A stretch of 64,000 nt of DNA from Bilabrum cf. latius. Lineage: Eukaryota. Below, one piece after another: positions 24,301 through 37,400 of this stretch (the stretch's first letter is position 1; each line of letters opens with the position of its first letter). The notes below the pieces were generated by a model. That model saw only the letters and a list, made by a program, of their open reading frames with translations, was not told the DNA's origin and ran no database searches. The DNA lies in the NCBI GenBank assembly GCA_965178125.1, contig OZ237747.1, positions 744,001 to 808,000 of the forward strand, given 5' to 3'. A program made the position numbers and the translations under genes.

Positions 24301-27300
24301 GTGACCCAGGCGGCACGATCTTGAAAGGCGCCTTCGCTGCAGCAGCTGCCTTGGCTGCCTGCTTCTCCTCCAGACGACGCTGCGCCGTCAAGCGAGCCTC
24401 GGCTTCCTCCGACAGACGCGGGCGGGGAGATGCCTGGCCGGCCGTGCGACCCACCCAGCTCCGGGGTGACCCAGGCGGCACGATCTTGAAAGGCGCCTTC
24501 GCTGCAGCAGCTGCCTTGGCTGCCTGCTCCTCCTCCAGACGACGCTGCGCCGTCAAGCGAGCCTCGGCTTCCTCCGACAGACGCGGGCGGGGAGATGCCT
24601 GGCCGGCCGTGCGACCCACCCAGCTCCGGGGTGACCCAGGCGGCACGATCTTGAAAGGCGCCTTCGCTGCAGCAGCTGCCTTGGCTGCCTGCTCCTCCTC
24701 CAGACGACGCTGCGCCGTCAAGCGAGCCTCGGCTTCCTCCGACAGACGCGGGCGGGGAGATGCCTGGCCGGCCGTGCGACCCACCCAGCTCCGAGGTGAC
24801 CCAGGCGGCACGATCTTGAAAGGCGCCTTCGCTGCAGCAGCTGCCTTGGCTGCCTGCTCCTCCTCCAGACGACGCTGCGCCGTCAAGCGAGCCTCGGCTT
24901 CCTCCGACAGACGCGGGCGGGGAGATGCCTGGCCGGCCGTGCGACCCACCCAGCTCCGAGGTGACCCAGGCGGCACGATCTTGAAAGGCGCCTTCGCTGC
25001 AGCAGCTGCCTTGGCTGCCTGCTCCTCCTCCAGACGACGCTGCGCTGTCAAGCGAGCCTCGGCTTCCTCCGACAGACGGGGGCGGGGAGATGCCTGGCCG
25101 GCCGTGCGACCCACCCAGCTCCGGGGTGACCCAGGCGGCACGATCTTGAAAGGCGCCTTCGCTGCAGCAGCTGCCTTGGCTGCCTGCTCCTCCTCCAGAC
25201 GACGCTGCGCCGTCAAGCGAGCCTCGGCTTCCTCCGACAGACGCGGGCGGGGAGATGCCTGGCCGGCCGTGCGACCCACCCAGCTCCGGGGTGACCCAGG
25301 CGGCACGATCTTGAAAGGCGCCTTCGCTGCAGCAGCTGCCTTGGCTGCCTGCTCCTCCTCCAGACGACGCTGCGCCGTCAAGCGAGCCTCGGCTTCCTCC
25401 GACAGACGCGGGCGGGGAGATGCCTGGCCGGCCGTGCGACCCACCCAGCTCCGGGGTGACCCAGGCGGCACGATCTTGAAAGGCGCCTTCGCTGCAGCAG
25501 CTGCCTTGGCTGCCTGCTCCTCCTCCAGACGACGCTGCGCCGTCAAGCGAGCCTCGGCTTCCTCCGACAGACGCGGGCGGGGAGATGCCTGGCCGGCCGT
25601 GCGACCCACCCAGCTCCGGGGTGACCCAGGCGGCACGATCTTGAAAGGCACCTTTGTTGTTTCCGTCTCAGGCTCGGCAACGACATCTACTTCAGGCTTT
25701 GTCGCGGCATCTTGTGGCGTAGATGAGGCACTGTCGCCAGCTGATGGCACCGCCACAACCTCAGGCATGCTGGCTGCAGCTTCTTCCGGAGGTACATCGA
25801 CGATGAGGTCAGTGCGGAGTGTTGGCTTCTTGCCGCCTGCAGTTGCTGACGACAAGATCGGCATGCCTGCCTTACCAGTGCTGGAGACAGACTGCACTGC
25901 TGCGGCAAGGGCAGACTGGTCCTGCATCGAGAAGATTTTCTCTAGAGCCGCGGCTATGTCTGCCCCGCTAGATGGCTTGGCGGCACTCTCGTCAGCAGAG
26001 CCAGACGAGTGAACGAATGCCAATTCCACCTCAAGACCGCCTGCCTTTGGAATGGCCAGTCCGGGCAGTCCACTCCCAACAGAGGCACGCTCCGCTGCAG
26101 TCTTCCGCTGCCGGTAGTCCCAGCCGGAGAACCCACGATCCGAGCCGCCCACTGCGCCGAGCACGGGCAGTTCCTTCGCCGGGCCATCCTCCCCGGCTGC
26201 AGAGCGCAGGAGCGCACGCATTGCCGGCGACTGCATGTCAGGCGGCGGTGGAAGGCCGGTACGCAGCATGTCCACGTTGGCTCCGACCTGCTTGGAGAGC
26301 TGCTTGGCCGACGGAGCAACTCCGTCTTCGGCTGCATTGGCAAGCACGTCGATGGTGACGACGATTCCACCACTGGATGAGCTCGCTGAGACATTGGCCG
26401 ACGCGCCAGCATCAGCACGAGCACCCTGCTTGGTCTCCTTGGCCGGTGCACCGGCAGCTTGCTTGCTCACTCCGATGCGTCCAGAGCGACGCGCAGCTCC
26501 AAGCACTGGACCCGTGGCTTGCTGCAGCTCTCCGCGGTATGCACCGTCGAGGGAAAGCAGACGTGTTGCTTCCGGGGAATGCATAGTAGCTGAGCTGCCC
26601 TTGCCATCTGCAAGCAGCTCGAGCTCCACCTCCAGGCTCCTGCTCCTTACCTGCTCCAGCTCTGTCACTTGCGCCACCAGGCCGTCCGCAGCGATGAGCT
26701 GCTTTCCCTGCAGTTGCCCCGCTGACACGCTACCGAGGCCAGAGTCGACCGCCCTGGCCAGCTCCATGCCGTCGGGTTCCTTGCTTGACCCCGCGCCCAG
26801 CACGTCCACAGATACGGTGACACCTGCAGGAGCGGGCGGCTTCGTAGCCACGTGCGGTGGCTGCACAGGGCCTTTCGCGGAACTCTCGGCAGGCGAGAGT
26901 GCAGCAGCCTCTTCGCTGGCAGCTGCTTTGGCTGATGCCGGCTCCGCAACTTCCACCTCAGTCACGCTCCCGATACCATCGCCCTCCTTCGACGATGCAG
27001 CTGAGGCGCCGAGGACGCCGTTCGCGTTCACGTCATCCTTGGCGGCCGTCTTGAGCTTTGACTGCACCTGCTGCACCACATCACCGCCAGCTGGCTCGTC
27101 AGCAGCAGCCTTGGCAACAGCCACTCTTACGTGGACGCTTCCTTGCGGTTTCGCGGCGGCTGCAGCTGCTGGCTTGGGCTCAGGGGCCTTGGGTTCCTCA
27201 GCCTTGGGGGTGGCAGCCTCTTCGCTGGCAGCTGCTTTGGCTGGCGCCGGCTCCGCAACTTCCACCTCAGTCACGCTCCCGATACCATCGCCCTCCTTCG

Positions 27301-30121
27301 ACGATGCAGCTGAGGCGCCGAGGACGCCGTTCGCGTTCACGTCATCCTTGGCGGCCGTCTTGAGCTTTGACTGCACCTGCTGCACCACATCGCCGCCAGT
27401 TGGCTCGTCAGCAGCAGCCTTGGCAACAGCCACTCTTACGTGGACGCTTCCTTGCGGTTTCGCGGCGGCTGCAGCTGCTGGCTTGGGCTCAGTGGCCTTG
27501 GGCTTAGTCTCCTCGGGCTTAGCCGCCTCGGGCTTAGTCTCCTCGGGCTTAGCCGCCTCGGGCTTAGTCTCCTCGGGCTTAACCGCCTCGGGCTCAGTCT
27601 CCTCGGGCTCAGTGGCCTCGGGCTTAGCCGCCTCGGGCTCAGTGGCCTTGGGCTTAGGGACCTTGGGCTCCGGATCCGGCAGAAGATCGACCTCTTGCGT
27701 AGCCACGTCGAAGTCACCGGCCTTGGCCCTGTCCTCATTCACGTCGTGGATCTGCAGGACCATGTCAGAGGCCTGGCCTATACCCGACCCAAGCACGGGC
27801 CCCCTTGCTCGTCGCGCCCTGTTTTCTGCTTGGGCTAAGGACAGCAATTCTAGGACCTGCAGATACCTCCGTCGGTACTCCGGGTCACCCTTGCTGATTC
27901 CCGCGGCCTCTGGAGACACGATTTCGAAGTCAATGGCCACCTGGTTGCCTTCGAAGACCTGTAGGCTGCCGAGGTCCGGCACCTTGTCGGCACCCTCTGC
28001 CACGGCAGCATCGGACAGTCGGAAGCAGGTGGCTGCATCGCCTGTGGCACTGGTTGCAAGCCCGGCCTGTAGAGAATCGACGCCCTCCAGAGCACGTGCC
28101 AGGACGGGATTCTTGGGGCAGTCCTTCTCGTTGACCCAGAACGGGTGCTAGCCGATGGCTAGCTGCTGAGTAAACTGGTTCGTAGCTTTGAGAAGCTTGA
28201 TGGTGCTGTGCGACTCTCCGGGTTGAGGCTTGAGCAAGACCAGCTCGACTGCAGTGCCGAGCTTCCCGGTCGGAGGTCCAGTGGTGGCAGGGCTCGAGGC
28301 ACCAGACGCACTACCAGGCTACGTAGAGCCGTTCTCCTCCCTTTTCTTGCTTCTAGATGGGCCCGCCCTCTGCTGCGCGGCGGCCACGGCTGCCTGGGCA
28401 GCAGATAGCGCGTCCTCTACAGACGAGGGGGCTGACTGCTGCTTCTTGGGGGGCGCTGCAGGAGCCTCATCGACGTCCGGCTGGCTGGAAGCCTCTGCAG
28501 CGGTGGTGGTGCTGGCCTTGGAACTGGGCGCTCCGCTGACTTTGCTGCCCGCACCCGGTGGAGGCGGCGCATTCTGTGCTTTCAGTTTCTTGGTACCTGC
28601 CTTGGTCGGCGATGGGGGCGGCTGCGCGGGACCCTTAGAGGGTACTTGGTCGCTGGGCTGCTGCTCTTTCACGTCCTTGGCGCTGACTTCCCAGTCATCG
28701 TACTTGTACGTGCGCGCTGCAGCAGTCAGCACGCTTGCCGAACGCGGCACGCGCGTCTTACCCTTCCGAATACCGCGCACGGCACCCTGAACGCGGTCCA
28801 CCAGCCGACCGGCGGCCTCCTCTCGGCTGGGTGTGGATCCTGGCGGTGCTCGCAACACGACAACCTCCACAGAAGATGTCGTCGACGCCAGGCGGGCGCC
28901 CTTGATTGCCTGCAGGGACACGGCCGAGGCCTGGATGGGACCCGCGGTAGCAGCCGCGGAAAGAACTTTCTGCCTGCTGCTTAGACTGGCCTTGTTCGCC
29001 CCATGAGCCTTGTTGGCCGCTTGCTAGGCCACTTCGCCCGCAGAAGCAATCGCTGCAGCGCCCGGCCTCGGAGGTGGCAGCTTGGAGGAGGCGCCCACTA
29101 GGATTTCCACCTGAATTCCTCGCTTGATGCCTGGCTTGGTGCCTTTCTTTGCAGCTCCAGCACCGGGAGGCGGGGGTGCCGATCGGCTAGGGGAAGGGGC
29201 AGAGGCGCTGCTCCTTTTTCCGGACGGCTTGCCGCTACCTGGGGGTGGTGGTGCGCCAGTGCCTTTTCCAGACTTTGATGGGGGCGGGGGGCCGCTGCTG
29301 GAGCCGCCCTTGGATGCCTTCGATGGGGGCGGGGGGCCGCTGCTGGAGCCGCCCTTGGATGCCTTCGATGGGGGCGGGGGGCCGCTGCTGGAGCCGCCCT
29401 TGGATGCCTTCGATGGAGGCGGGGGGCCGCTGCTGGAGCCGCCCTTGGATGCCTTCGATGGAGGCGGGGGGCCGCTGCTGGAGCCGCCCTTGGATGCCTT
29501 CGATGGAGGCGGGGGGCCGCTGCTACCGGCCTTACTCTTCTTTGCTGGTGGCGGGGGCCCAGATCCGGCAGGAGTTGCTTTCGAACCTGCCTGCATACTG
29601 CCCTTGGCTACCGTACTCTTAGCCTTGCTTTTCTTGGCTGGTGGGGGTGGCCCCGATGACTTTCCAGCTATGCTCTTCTTGGCTGGAGCTGGAGGGTCGC
29701 CACTCTTTGCAACTTTCGCAGAGGACTTTGTTGTCTTGACTCCACCAATCTTGCTTGCCTTGCTAGGTGGCGGGGGACCCTCGCCTGCCTTCGCAGATGC
29801 TGTTTTCTTCACCCCACTGGACTTTCCAGCGAGCTTCTTCTTGGCGGGAGGTGGAGGCCCACTATCAGAAGCCACGGTAGACTTCTTATTTCCTGCAGTA
29901 GACTTCTTCTTGCCAAATTTCTTCTTGGCTGGTCCAGGTGAAGCTGCCGACGGGCCGGCGGCTGCTTTCGCTCCAGCGGTTCCAGTTGCTGCTGACTTGA
30001 CCTTCTTCTTCTTCTTCTTTGTTCCAGACGCTTTGGCACCCCAGAGCTTCTTTGCGTCGGCAAAGGCGCTTCCTGCGAATCGAAAGTTGGTGGTGGGGCA
30101 GGCAGTGAATGAAATCAGCAT
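15314..30121 (-). CDS. Giant (~4,900 aa) repeat/coiled-coil protein with IQ motifs and Pro-rich N-terminus
   Basis: Ten ORF-track pieces (ends 15314, 17969, 18431, 20048, 20936, 21719, 22994, 24140, 28319, 29024) are in one frame and joined by TAG. Ends TGA at 15314. Five IQ-like motifs at about 19980-20500 (e.g. KIQAAARGFLVR). The true 5' end is uncertain; there is a probable splice acceptor at 30073. Confidence 0.8.
24169..25653 (-). repeat. 165-bp coding tandem repeat x9 (55 aa APFKIVPPGSPRSWVGRTAGQASPRPRLSEEAEARLTAQRRLEEEQAAKAAAAAK)
   Basis: The anchor ttgaaaggc recurs at 24321, 24486 ... 25641 with exact 165-bp spacing. Units are nearly identical. Confidence 0.95.
26904..27670 (-). repeat. 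309-bp coding duplication followed by 15/30-bp KPEET/KPEAA repeats
   Basis: The block starting gcagcctcttcgctggcagctgc occurs at about 26904 and 27213. Short repeats follow at 27485-27670. Confidence 0.9.
29274..29525 (-). repeat. 45-bp coding repeat x5-6 (GPPPPSKASKGGSSS)
   Basis: Tandem units seen directly. Confidence 0.9.
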
Positions 30122-31911
30122 CTTGTGCCTCTCCTGCTGGCTTTCCGATCTAGATGCGGTACACGTAGACTATTAAAGCACATTTGTGCACATACATATC
30201 TTAACAGACAGTTCTGGTGATCAATGCGGCATTGGGTCCGACACGCAGATCCGTTCTGATTGGATACCGCGCAATACGCCATGCTAGTCGCGCATGGACA
30301 GAGCTCAGGGGTGCAACAGAGTCAACAAGCCAAAACTTTTAGCATGCAATTAATGCAGACGGAAATCGAGTGGCTCGTGTCCTGTCACCTCGAGCAACAG
30401 GCGCAAAACGCATGAGTCCGCGAAAGCGTCAAACACTCCTGGACTCCACCTGACCGACATACCGGCCACCAGCCTATGCAGCAATACACCAGACGATACT
30501 TACCTTTCGAGGCCATCCACGGGATGGAAACAAGTCTTTGGGTTCGTAGCGCAGAGAGGCTGCACTTCGCCCGGCCACGAATCTGGGTGGTCGCGGTGCC
30601 TCGAGTGGTCGCAGGCGCCGCGCGTTGGTTCCGCTGCAGATCGGATCAACCTAGTAATCTGTGATATCACGCAGTACCGACTCTGCATGCAGACAAAACA
30701 ACCTCAGAATTAGAAAATGCCTAAAACTGTTATGGCGGTTCGAGAAGGGCAGCCTGGTACGTCCCGCAATACCTGTGTCGCTGCCACTTCTTTTGAGCGC
30801 AGCGAGGCTGCCAAAGCAAGGTGTGCCGGTGCAACGCGTAGATCTGACCATTGCAAGCCCACCCCAGAACTAGCATTATTCAAGACATGTCGTACGATAG
30901 CGCCCCTCTTTTCTTGCGGATCGCTCATGGATATGACATCGCGGCAGCCATTTAAGACCAGCCGTGTCGGGACACGTCAAGGTCATCGAGTACTGGGTGG
31001 AGGTGCAGTACCAGTGGAGCCACAAGGGTTAAGAACTGTCGGTCAGATGATCTCCCAACTACAATGTCCCATGGCCATGCGACTTGGTCTGGGGTGGCCA
31101 TTTGTTGCAACGCCAAGCTTTTTGTTGTAGACCCACGGCCCAACCAGCCTGTGCGGTGCGGTCCGGGATGATCTCATCCGCTCTGTTTTCTACCAACAAC
31201 CCCTTGTGCAAAAGGAATGGCCATCCCAAGTATCATGCGCTCATCGAGGACATGCGCCCGCGCAGCTGGCCTTACCCAGGCTAAATCGCAGTATACCACC
31301 TGGCCGCCACACGCCAGTCGTCGCTCGACAGCGGCTTGCGTTCGGCGACTGATCGGCGATCACACCCGGTCATTCCTTGCCTTCGAAGGCCAAGCCCAGC
31401 CGCAATTCTACATAGCTGTGGTGTTCGTTCCACTGTAATCACGTTTTCCGAGAGGCAAGCTGAAAGTTACCTGCCAGGCGCAGCTTTGTAATTTTTTTGC
31501 TAAACGGACGACAAGCGGCGATCAAGGCAAAGCTGTTGCTACCACGCATCGGGCATTCGAATTCGAGTTGCATCTCAAATTAAACTTCAAGTATACAAGA
31601 TTGGCAGTGCCCGTATCCGGCTAAGACGCCCAGCAAGTGCCGTTCATATTCAAGGAGGTGCATCCATAGGGTTGTCGTCCGCTAAACTGGCTTCTAGGAA
31701 GACTGTTGACAGGCAGCCTGATTTGCGTTGAGACGATATATTCCTTTCCTGCTACTCTGTTGCCGCTTGTGAGCTTGAACGCCACATAAGCTTGCTTGAC
31801 TGGCTGTTCGGCGCAACGAGCAGAGCCCGCGTTTGACCTTGGGACCGTTCGCGGCACCAGACTTAGGGTGCTACTAGCCGGCTACGTGTCTTCTCATTTA
31901 ATTTTGAGAAG

Positions 31912-34031
31912 ATGGCCCAATCTGGATTTGCAGACGCCGGGATACGACTGGAGCTGGCGGCAAGTCGAAAATAGGCAATCACTGCTGGAAGTCGCAGGCC
32001 GCGGCAGTACTTTCAGCACGTAGCTGGAAGCCCTGCTAAGAAGCGTAGCAGAGTAATTGGTAAAGATTCAGGCGTTTCTGCGTCAGGTACTTCGTCGCAA
32101 AGCTAGCCCAAGTATCACGGGTCGAAGCGAACCGGCCTGCTATCGACGACTGCCAAGCTTGATGTAAGTGACAGCGACATCGACGGAGGCTCTCCATGGT
32201 CCTCATCCGCTATTGGTGGAGGAGACGGTGGAGCAAGCGGTGCGTAGCGGGCTTCGCAGAAGTCGTCCGCGGGTCGTGCGAAACGCAACAGTTACCGTGG
32301 TCGAGGCAGAGGCCGAGGGCGAGGCAGAGGCGGATCCCGTGCCCAAGGTCGTTCAACAGGATCGGGCGGTACCCGCGGGTCTAGTCTTCCGGGCTCTCCC
32401 GAAGCAATGGGCGGTGGCGAGAAGTTGTTGCAGCTGAAGGACGCCCAAGTCAAGGTCATCTACAACCGAACTACGGAGCGAGTAACGATCGGTAGCGTCA
32501 GAAATGACAGTGAGTACTGGATGTGTTCACAATACCTCTCATTGAAACCAATGAATGCCAGCCACCTGCAATTGAGCATGCCATGCTGCCCCAACGCGAG
32601 TCCCCTTTTGCCAGTGTCCCGCTCGCCTGCCTTGCCATCGCAGCGTACTGCTTTGCGTGCAAATCGAACATATTTGAAGAGGACATATTGCTGTGCGATG
32701 GTTGCGATGTAGAGTACCACAGGCGGTGCTTGACGGTTCCACTCAGCACAACTCCAGAGGGGGAATGGTACTGCGTCGACTGCATGGCTGACAAGCTCTT
32801 TGGCGACAATCTAGAGACCTTCTTTGAGCCTCTTGATGCCAGTAGCACGTCCAAGAAATCATTGGATAAGCGGGCGGAATAGCCCGCTGCAGCCGGCTTG
32901 CCCCATGCAGCCTCAGGTGGGAGTACGCAACGTTACCGCATCCATGCAGCATTGGACGCGGTGGCGGCATCCGAGCGAGCTGCTGACGATGCATCGTGGC
33001 ATTCGTTCAGTCAGACCCTAGAAAAGCCATACTAGGGGTCTAGCTTGCACGGAGACTCGATCAGCGGTGCGCTGAGTCGAACAACAACCATCCCGCCGGC
33101 CGCCGGCACGACATCAAGCGTTGCCACAGACTTGGCCGTCAAGTCTGGCGAGCCAGCATCTGCCTTGGCACCAGTCTCTAGCGCGCACCGTCCAGTGGGA
33201 GGAGGAAGTCCTGCAGGTACTTCTTCCGGCTTGAATTGGGACTCTGGGGTGTCTTCCTTAGCCGGTGCTAGCTCTGGCAGTGCGCTGCCGCCGGGAGCAT
33301 CGATGGGTTCATCTGTCACGGGAGCACCTAGCTCTAGTTCATCCGCTGCTGCATCAAGTCAATTGCCTGATGCCGTGTCGATGTGGGCTGGTAGTGCGTT
33401 TGCCCCGACTACTCGCCCTCAGTTCCCAAGCAGTCATTTGGCACCGGCGGGGAGCAAGTCTGCCAATCGGCGCGTCAGCGTGAGAGCCAGCTCCCCGTCG
33501 ATGACGGATGCTACGACGGACGAAAGCTCCGACGAATGCAGTGATAGTGATTCGGGTGGTAGCCAATGTCTCGATTCAGGAGCGAAAAGACGCATCGTCG
33601 TACGAGCACGCGCCCCGTTTGGCAGTCGGGCAAGGTCTAGTCGCAGCCCGACCGGGATGCCGTCGATTCCTAGCCGCCGAAAACGCTCGGATACTTCCGA
33701 GGGCAAGCCAAAAACGCTAAATATTGCGTCGGGCGGCACTGTGTCTGGTCCTGATAGCAATATCGGCAGTGCGGTGCGGGGTAGCACAGGTCCGGGCCAG
33801 CTGCTTTCGTCGGGCCAATCGACAGTTCTGAAGCAAGCAAGTGTGGGGTTTTCGACGATAAGCGGGTCTAATCGGTAGATTGTGATCGAGCTGAGCGATT
33901 CAGAGAAGGATGAACCCGATGACGGCTGCATAGAGATGGAGTGGGACTTGTATGCAGAACCGGAGCAGGGAGGCATTACAGCACGTTCCCGCCATGAAGA
34001 GCAGTCTGCTCGCTCGGTGATGCTGCTTTGA
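31912..34031 (+). CDS. PHD-finger protein with RG-rich N-terminus
   Basis: Exons 31912-32509 and 32644-34031 (gtgagt...cgcag). Splicing gives ND|TYCFACKSNIFEEDILLCDGCDVEYHRRCLTVPLSTTPEGEWYCVDC (C4HC3). RGRGRG tract, 6 in-frame TAG, SIM-like IVIELSDSE. Ends TGA. Confidence 0.8.
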
Positions 34032-34413
34032 TCCATAACTTGACACCTTCTGCCTTTTTGGTGCCTATATTCACTGCTGTGCCGCGCATTCCTGCGGGTT
34101 TTGTGGTTTGGGTCTCAATGATGTAGCGCGCACATTTGATATTCCAAAAATTGGCAGCGCAAAACCTGCACTTTTCTAGCGCTTACCTTCGACCTTTAGC
34201 GGTTCTTACGAGCTTATTTCTCAACAAACCGTAAGAAATTATAGTACATAATCGCATCGTATGATAATTTGGGCATTGCTGCGTACATTTGCGGCCAAGA
34301 CTGCAGCCTTGATGTGTTGCATTCGTTTCTGGATCGACGCCGAGAAACTCTCCATCTGCTTGCACTTGCCCTACACAGAGTGGTTCCAAGCAACTTACCG
34401 TAACTTGGAAGCT

Positions 34414-37400
34414 ATGAGGCTTGCAGCTGGCTGGTCTCTGCTCGCGCTGGTGCTATCAACTGTTGCGGTTGCCCAGCGACCAGGCACGGCTGCCGCTGGT
34501 CGCCCACACGAACGCAAGATCGACCTCAGCTCCGCACAGAAATTGCTCGATTACAAGCAAAACAACACTCGCCACGATTCCTGCGCGTCCTGCGTCGACG
34601 TGGACCTCTCAGATGCCGACGAAGGCGGCAGCCTGCGAATCGAAGCTACCGAGGCGGTCAAGGACGAGAACATCCGGGTGCGAATCCGCTCAGCGGCCGC
34701 CGCAGGAGGCGGAAACTCTGCTACTTCTCGTGTCCGTCTATCTGAAGTTGTAGTCACGAGCTCTCGCACGTGCGAAACGATCGAGGTGGACGCGAGCGGA
34801 CGCGCTGGCTCTTCAGACGACGCGAAGTAGCAGGCGAACACTGCCACAAGTGGCAGCAGCAGCGGCGACAGCTCTGGTCGAACCGGTAGATTGCTGCAGA
34901 GTGGATCAGGTGCAGACGGTGGCTCATCCAGCGGCTCCTCTGGTGACAGCGGGAAAGACAGCACCGCCACGGGCCGTTTCTCTGACCTCCCCGAGGACCT
35001 GCGCGCCCGCATCCCTGACAGGTGCAACCCAGTCTCCGACGACGCGCCCGAGAACGTTAAAGATTACTGTATGAACCTGATTCGGCAGCTGTACCGGATC
35101 TCTGCCGAGCGCCAGGCCGCTGCCGAGGCTCGCCGGAAGCTGGAGGAGCGCCTGGCTGCCAGCGCGGGCGGGCAGCAGCAGAGCAACACCCAGGAGACTC
35201 TCAGGAGAACCGTGACGAAGACCGTGTGCACGGAGGCAAAGCCAGTCGAGGTTGTCTTCGAGGAATCGGCAGACGTCACCGGCAAGGTCCAGCTCGGGTC
35301 CGGCAACACGATCGAGATCAAGAGGGGTGGCACCTTCCAAGGCGGCCTCGAAGTCGGTACGGGGGCAGAGGTGCGGATCAGCGGCAAGGTGTGCGCTGGT
35401 CGCGAGGCTTCTAGGCGCTGTGCTCAAATTGACGGACGCGAATTTAACTCCACGGAGGATGCGTCCACGGACGGCGACGAGGAGGACAAGGGCATCCGTG
35501 TGGACGGCAAGGTGATCGTCGACGGGGATGCAGAGGTTAAGGGAACCATGGAGCTTTCAGACAACGGCAAGATCGAGATCAACGAAGGGTCCACGCTCCG
35601 ACTATCGCCCCCTGGCCGTTTCGCATCGGCTCGCGCGGGACGGACGGACCTGCTGCGACGTTCGAGGGACGCCAACAGCACCACCGACGCGGCTAGCAAC
35701 AAAGACGAGAACAGGCTCAGCTCGGGCTCGCTGGTGCTCAAGCGCGGCTCCAGGCTGGAAATTTCAGACGATGCTGATTCGGATGAGGCGGGGCAGGGCT
35801 CGACTGGCGGTGCTGCGGGCGACGAGCCGCGCCCTCGGTCCAGGCGCAACGCGACTGAGCTTCGACTGGCCGTCGGCTCGATCGAGAGCGAGGGGCGCGT
35901 AGAGATAAAGGGCCGCAAGGTCAGGCTAGAGGCGGGCGCTGTGGAGCTCAAGGGCAAGGAAGGCAAGCTGGAGGTTTCCGGGGCCTCTCGGCTGGAGCTC
36001 GACGCACCCGTGCTCGGGACAGGCGGTGCCGGAGTTGTCGTGCGCGAGGGAGGCCGCATGGTCTCAAGGCCCCTGTGGTCGTCTGCCTCTGGGCTTACGG
36101 CGTCTGCTGATATTGCGCTGCGCAAGCGGCCTGGTCGCACCAAGTACAAGAACGTGAAGCTGTCGGGCAGGGCATCGGGAGCCGCCGGCGACGACGACGA
36201 CGATGACGACGGGATCTCAACTGGAGCATCAGCCGCCCTGTCTGCTGGAAACATCTTTATCGGTAGAGCAATGTCCAGAGAGGTAAGCCGCATTCACAGC
36301 AGCTTTGCATCGTCAGACGACAACACCACCCAGGTGGGGATCACCACCTCGGGCGAGCTGGTGGACCTCAGCGGCAGCGGAGCATGGCGGCCCACGATCG
36401 AGAGATACCTCGAGAACTCCATGACGTTCAAGAACGACCCTGAATACCGGGTGTACCCGTCTACCTTTCAAGACCGCTCGTGGGGGTGGGGACGGGTGGC
36501 AGGCGACAGCGCGCCCCAGCCCTACGACTGCGGAGGCAACTGGGCCGGGACCAACTCCACCCTGCAGGAGGCCGCCCGAGCCATGGCCATTTCTGTTCGC
36601 CTTACTAGAGCTTGCGTACGAGCCATGGGTGGCGAGCACAGCATGGAGCAGCTGAATCAGCTGGCAGAGGCGGCGAACGGCATGCTTCGGTCGTGGGGCT
36701 TCAAACTGCACAACGCGGAAGCTGGTCTCAGAACGGTAGAGGTGTGCGGAGCGCTGGCGATCATGAAGGAGATGCACGGGCAGGCGTACGATGCCGTGCG
36801 AAGCTCTGTGCTAGCGTCCAGCAGGACGTCTGAGGATCGTCCCAAGCTGTCCTGGAAGGCGGCAGCTGCGCTCGTTGCCACGGGGGCAATCGACCACGCC
36901 GTCATGTCGGAGACAGCACCTGTCCGCCAGCTTCTCTCGGCTGATGTGACCCCGCCGGAGCCCCTGTGGACGGATGACCACTGCGAGGTGGCAGCGAATG
37001 CTTCTGCCAGGGCCGGAGATCGCGTGTTGTCTGCTGTGAGGCAGGTTCAGCTCGTGCACAACATGGATGCCTTCGCGGCCGTGGCACACGCCGGCATGGG
37101 CATTGCATTCCAGCATATCGTGCGCTCTGCCGGCCGCGCCGTTGACGTGGACGGAGAGGTTGAAATCGAGGAAGGTGCCGTGCTCTCTGTAGAGTCTGGT
37201 GTTGCCACCGGCGGGCTCCGTGTGAGACCTGGCGGTGCCGTCTACGGCGACGTGCCTAAGACCCTTGTGGAGGCTGCATCCGGCCGCCTCAACGTATACG
37301 GTTACAACCGGACGCGGCGTGGCACCAACAACAGCAGCTCCAACAGCACCACAGCAGACGATGCCGTGGATGCCATCAACGCGGAGCTCCGCCGCCCGTC

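Noticed and set aside
24078-28151. Long plus-strand ORFs of 644 and 638 aa
   Set aside because: They are antisense shadows of the repeat region of the giant minus-strand gene.
30930-31900. Short ORFs upstream of the PHD gene
   Set aside because: The minus-strand frames I translated close with TGA/TAA even when TAG is read through, and no motifs were recognised.
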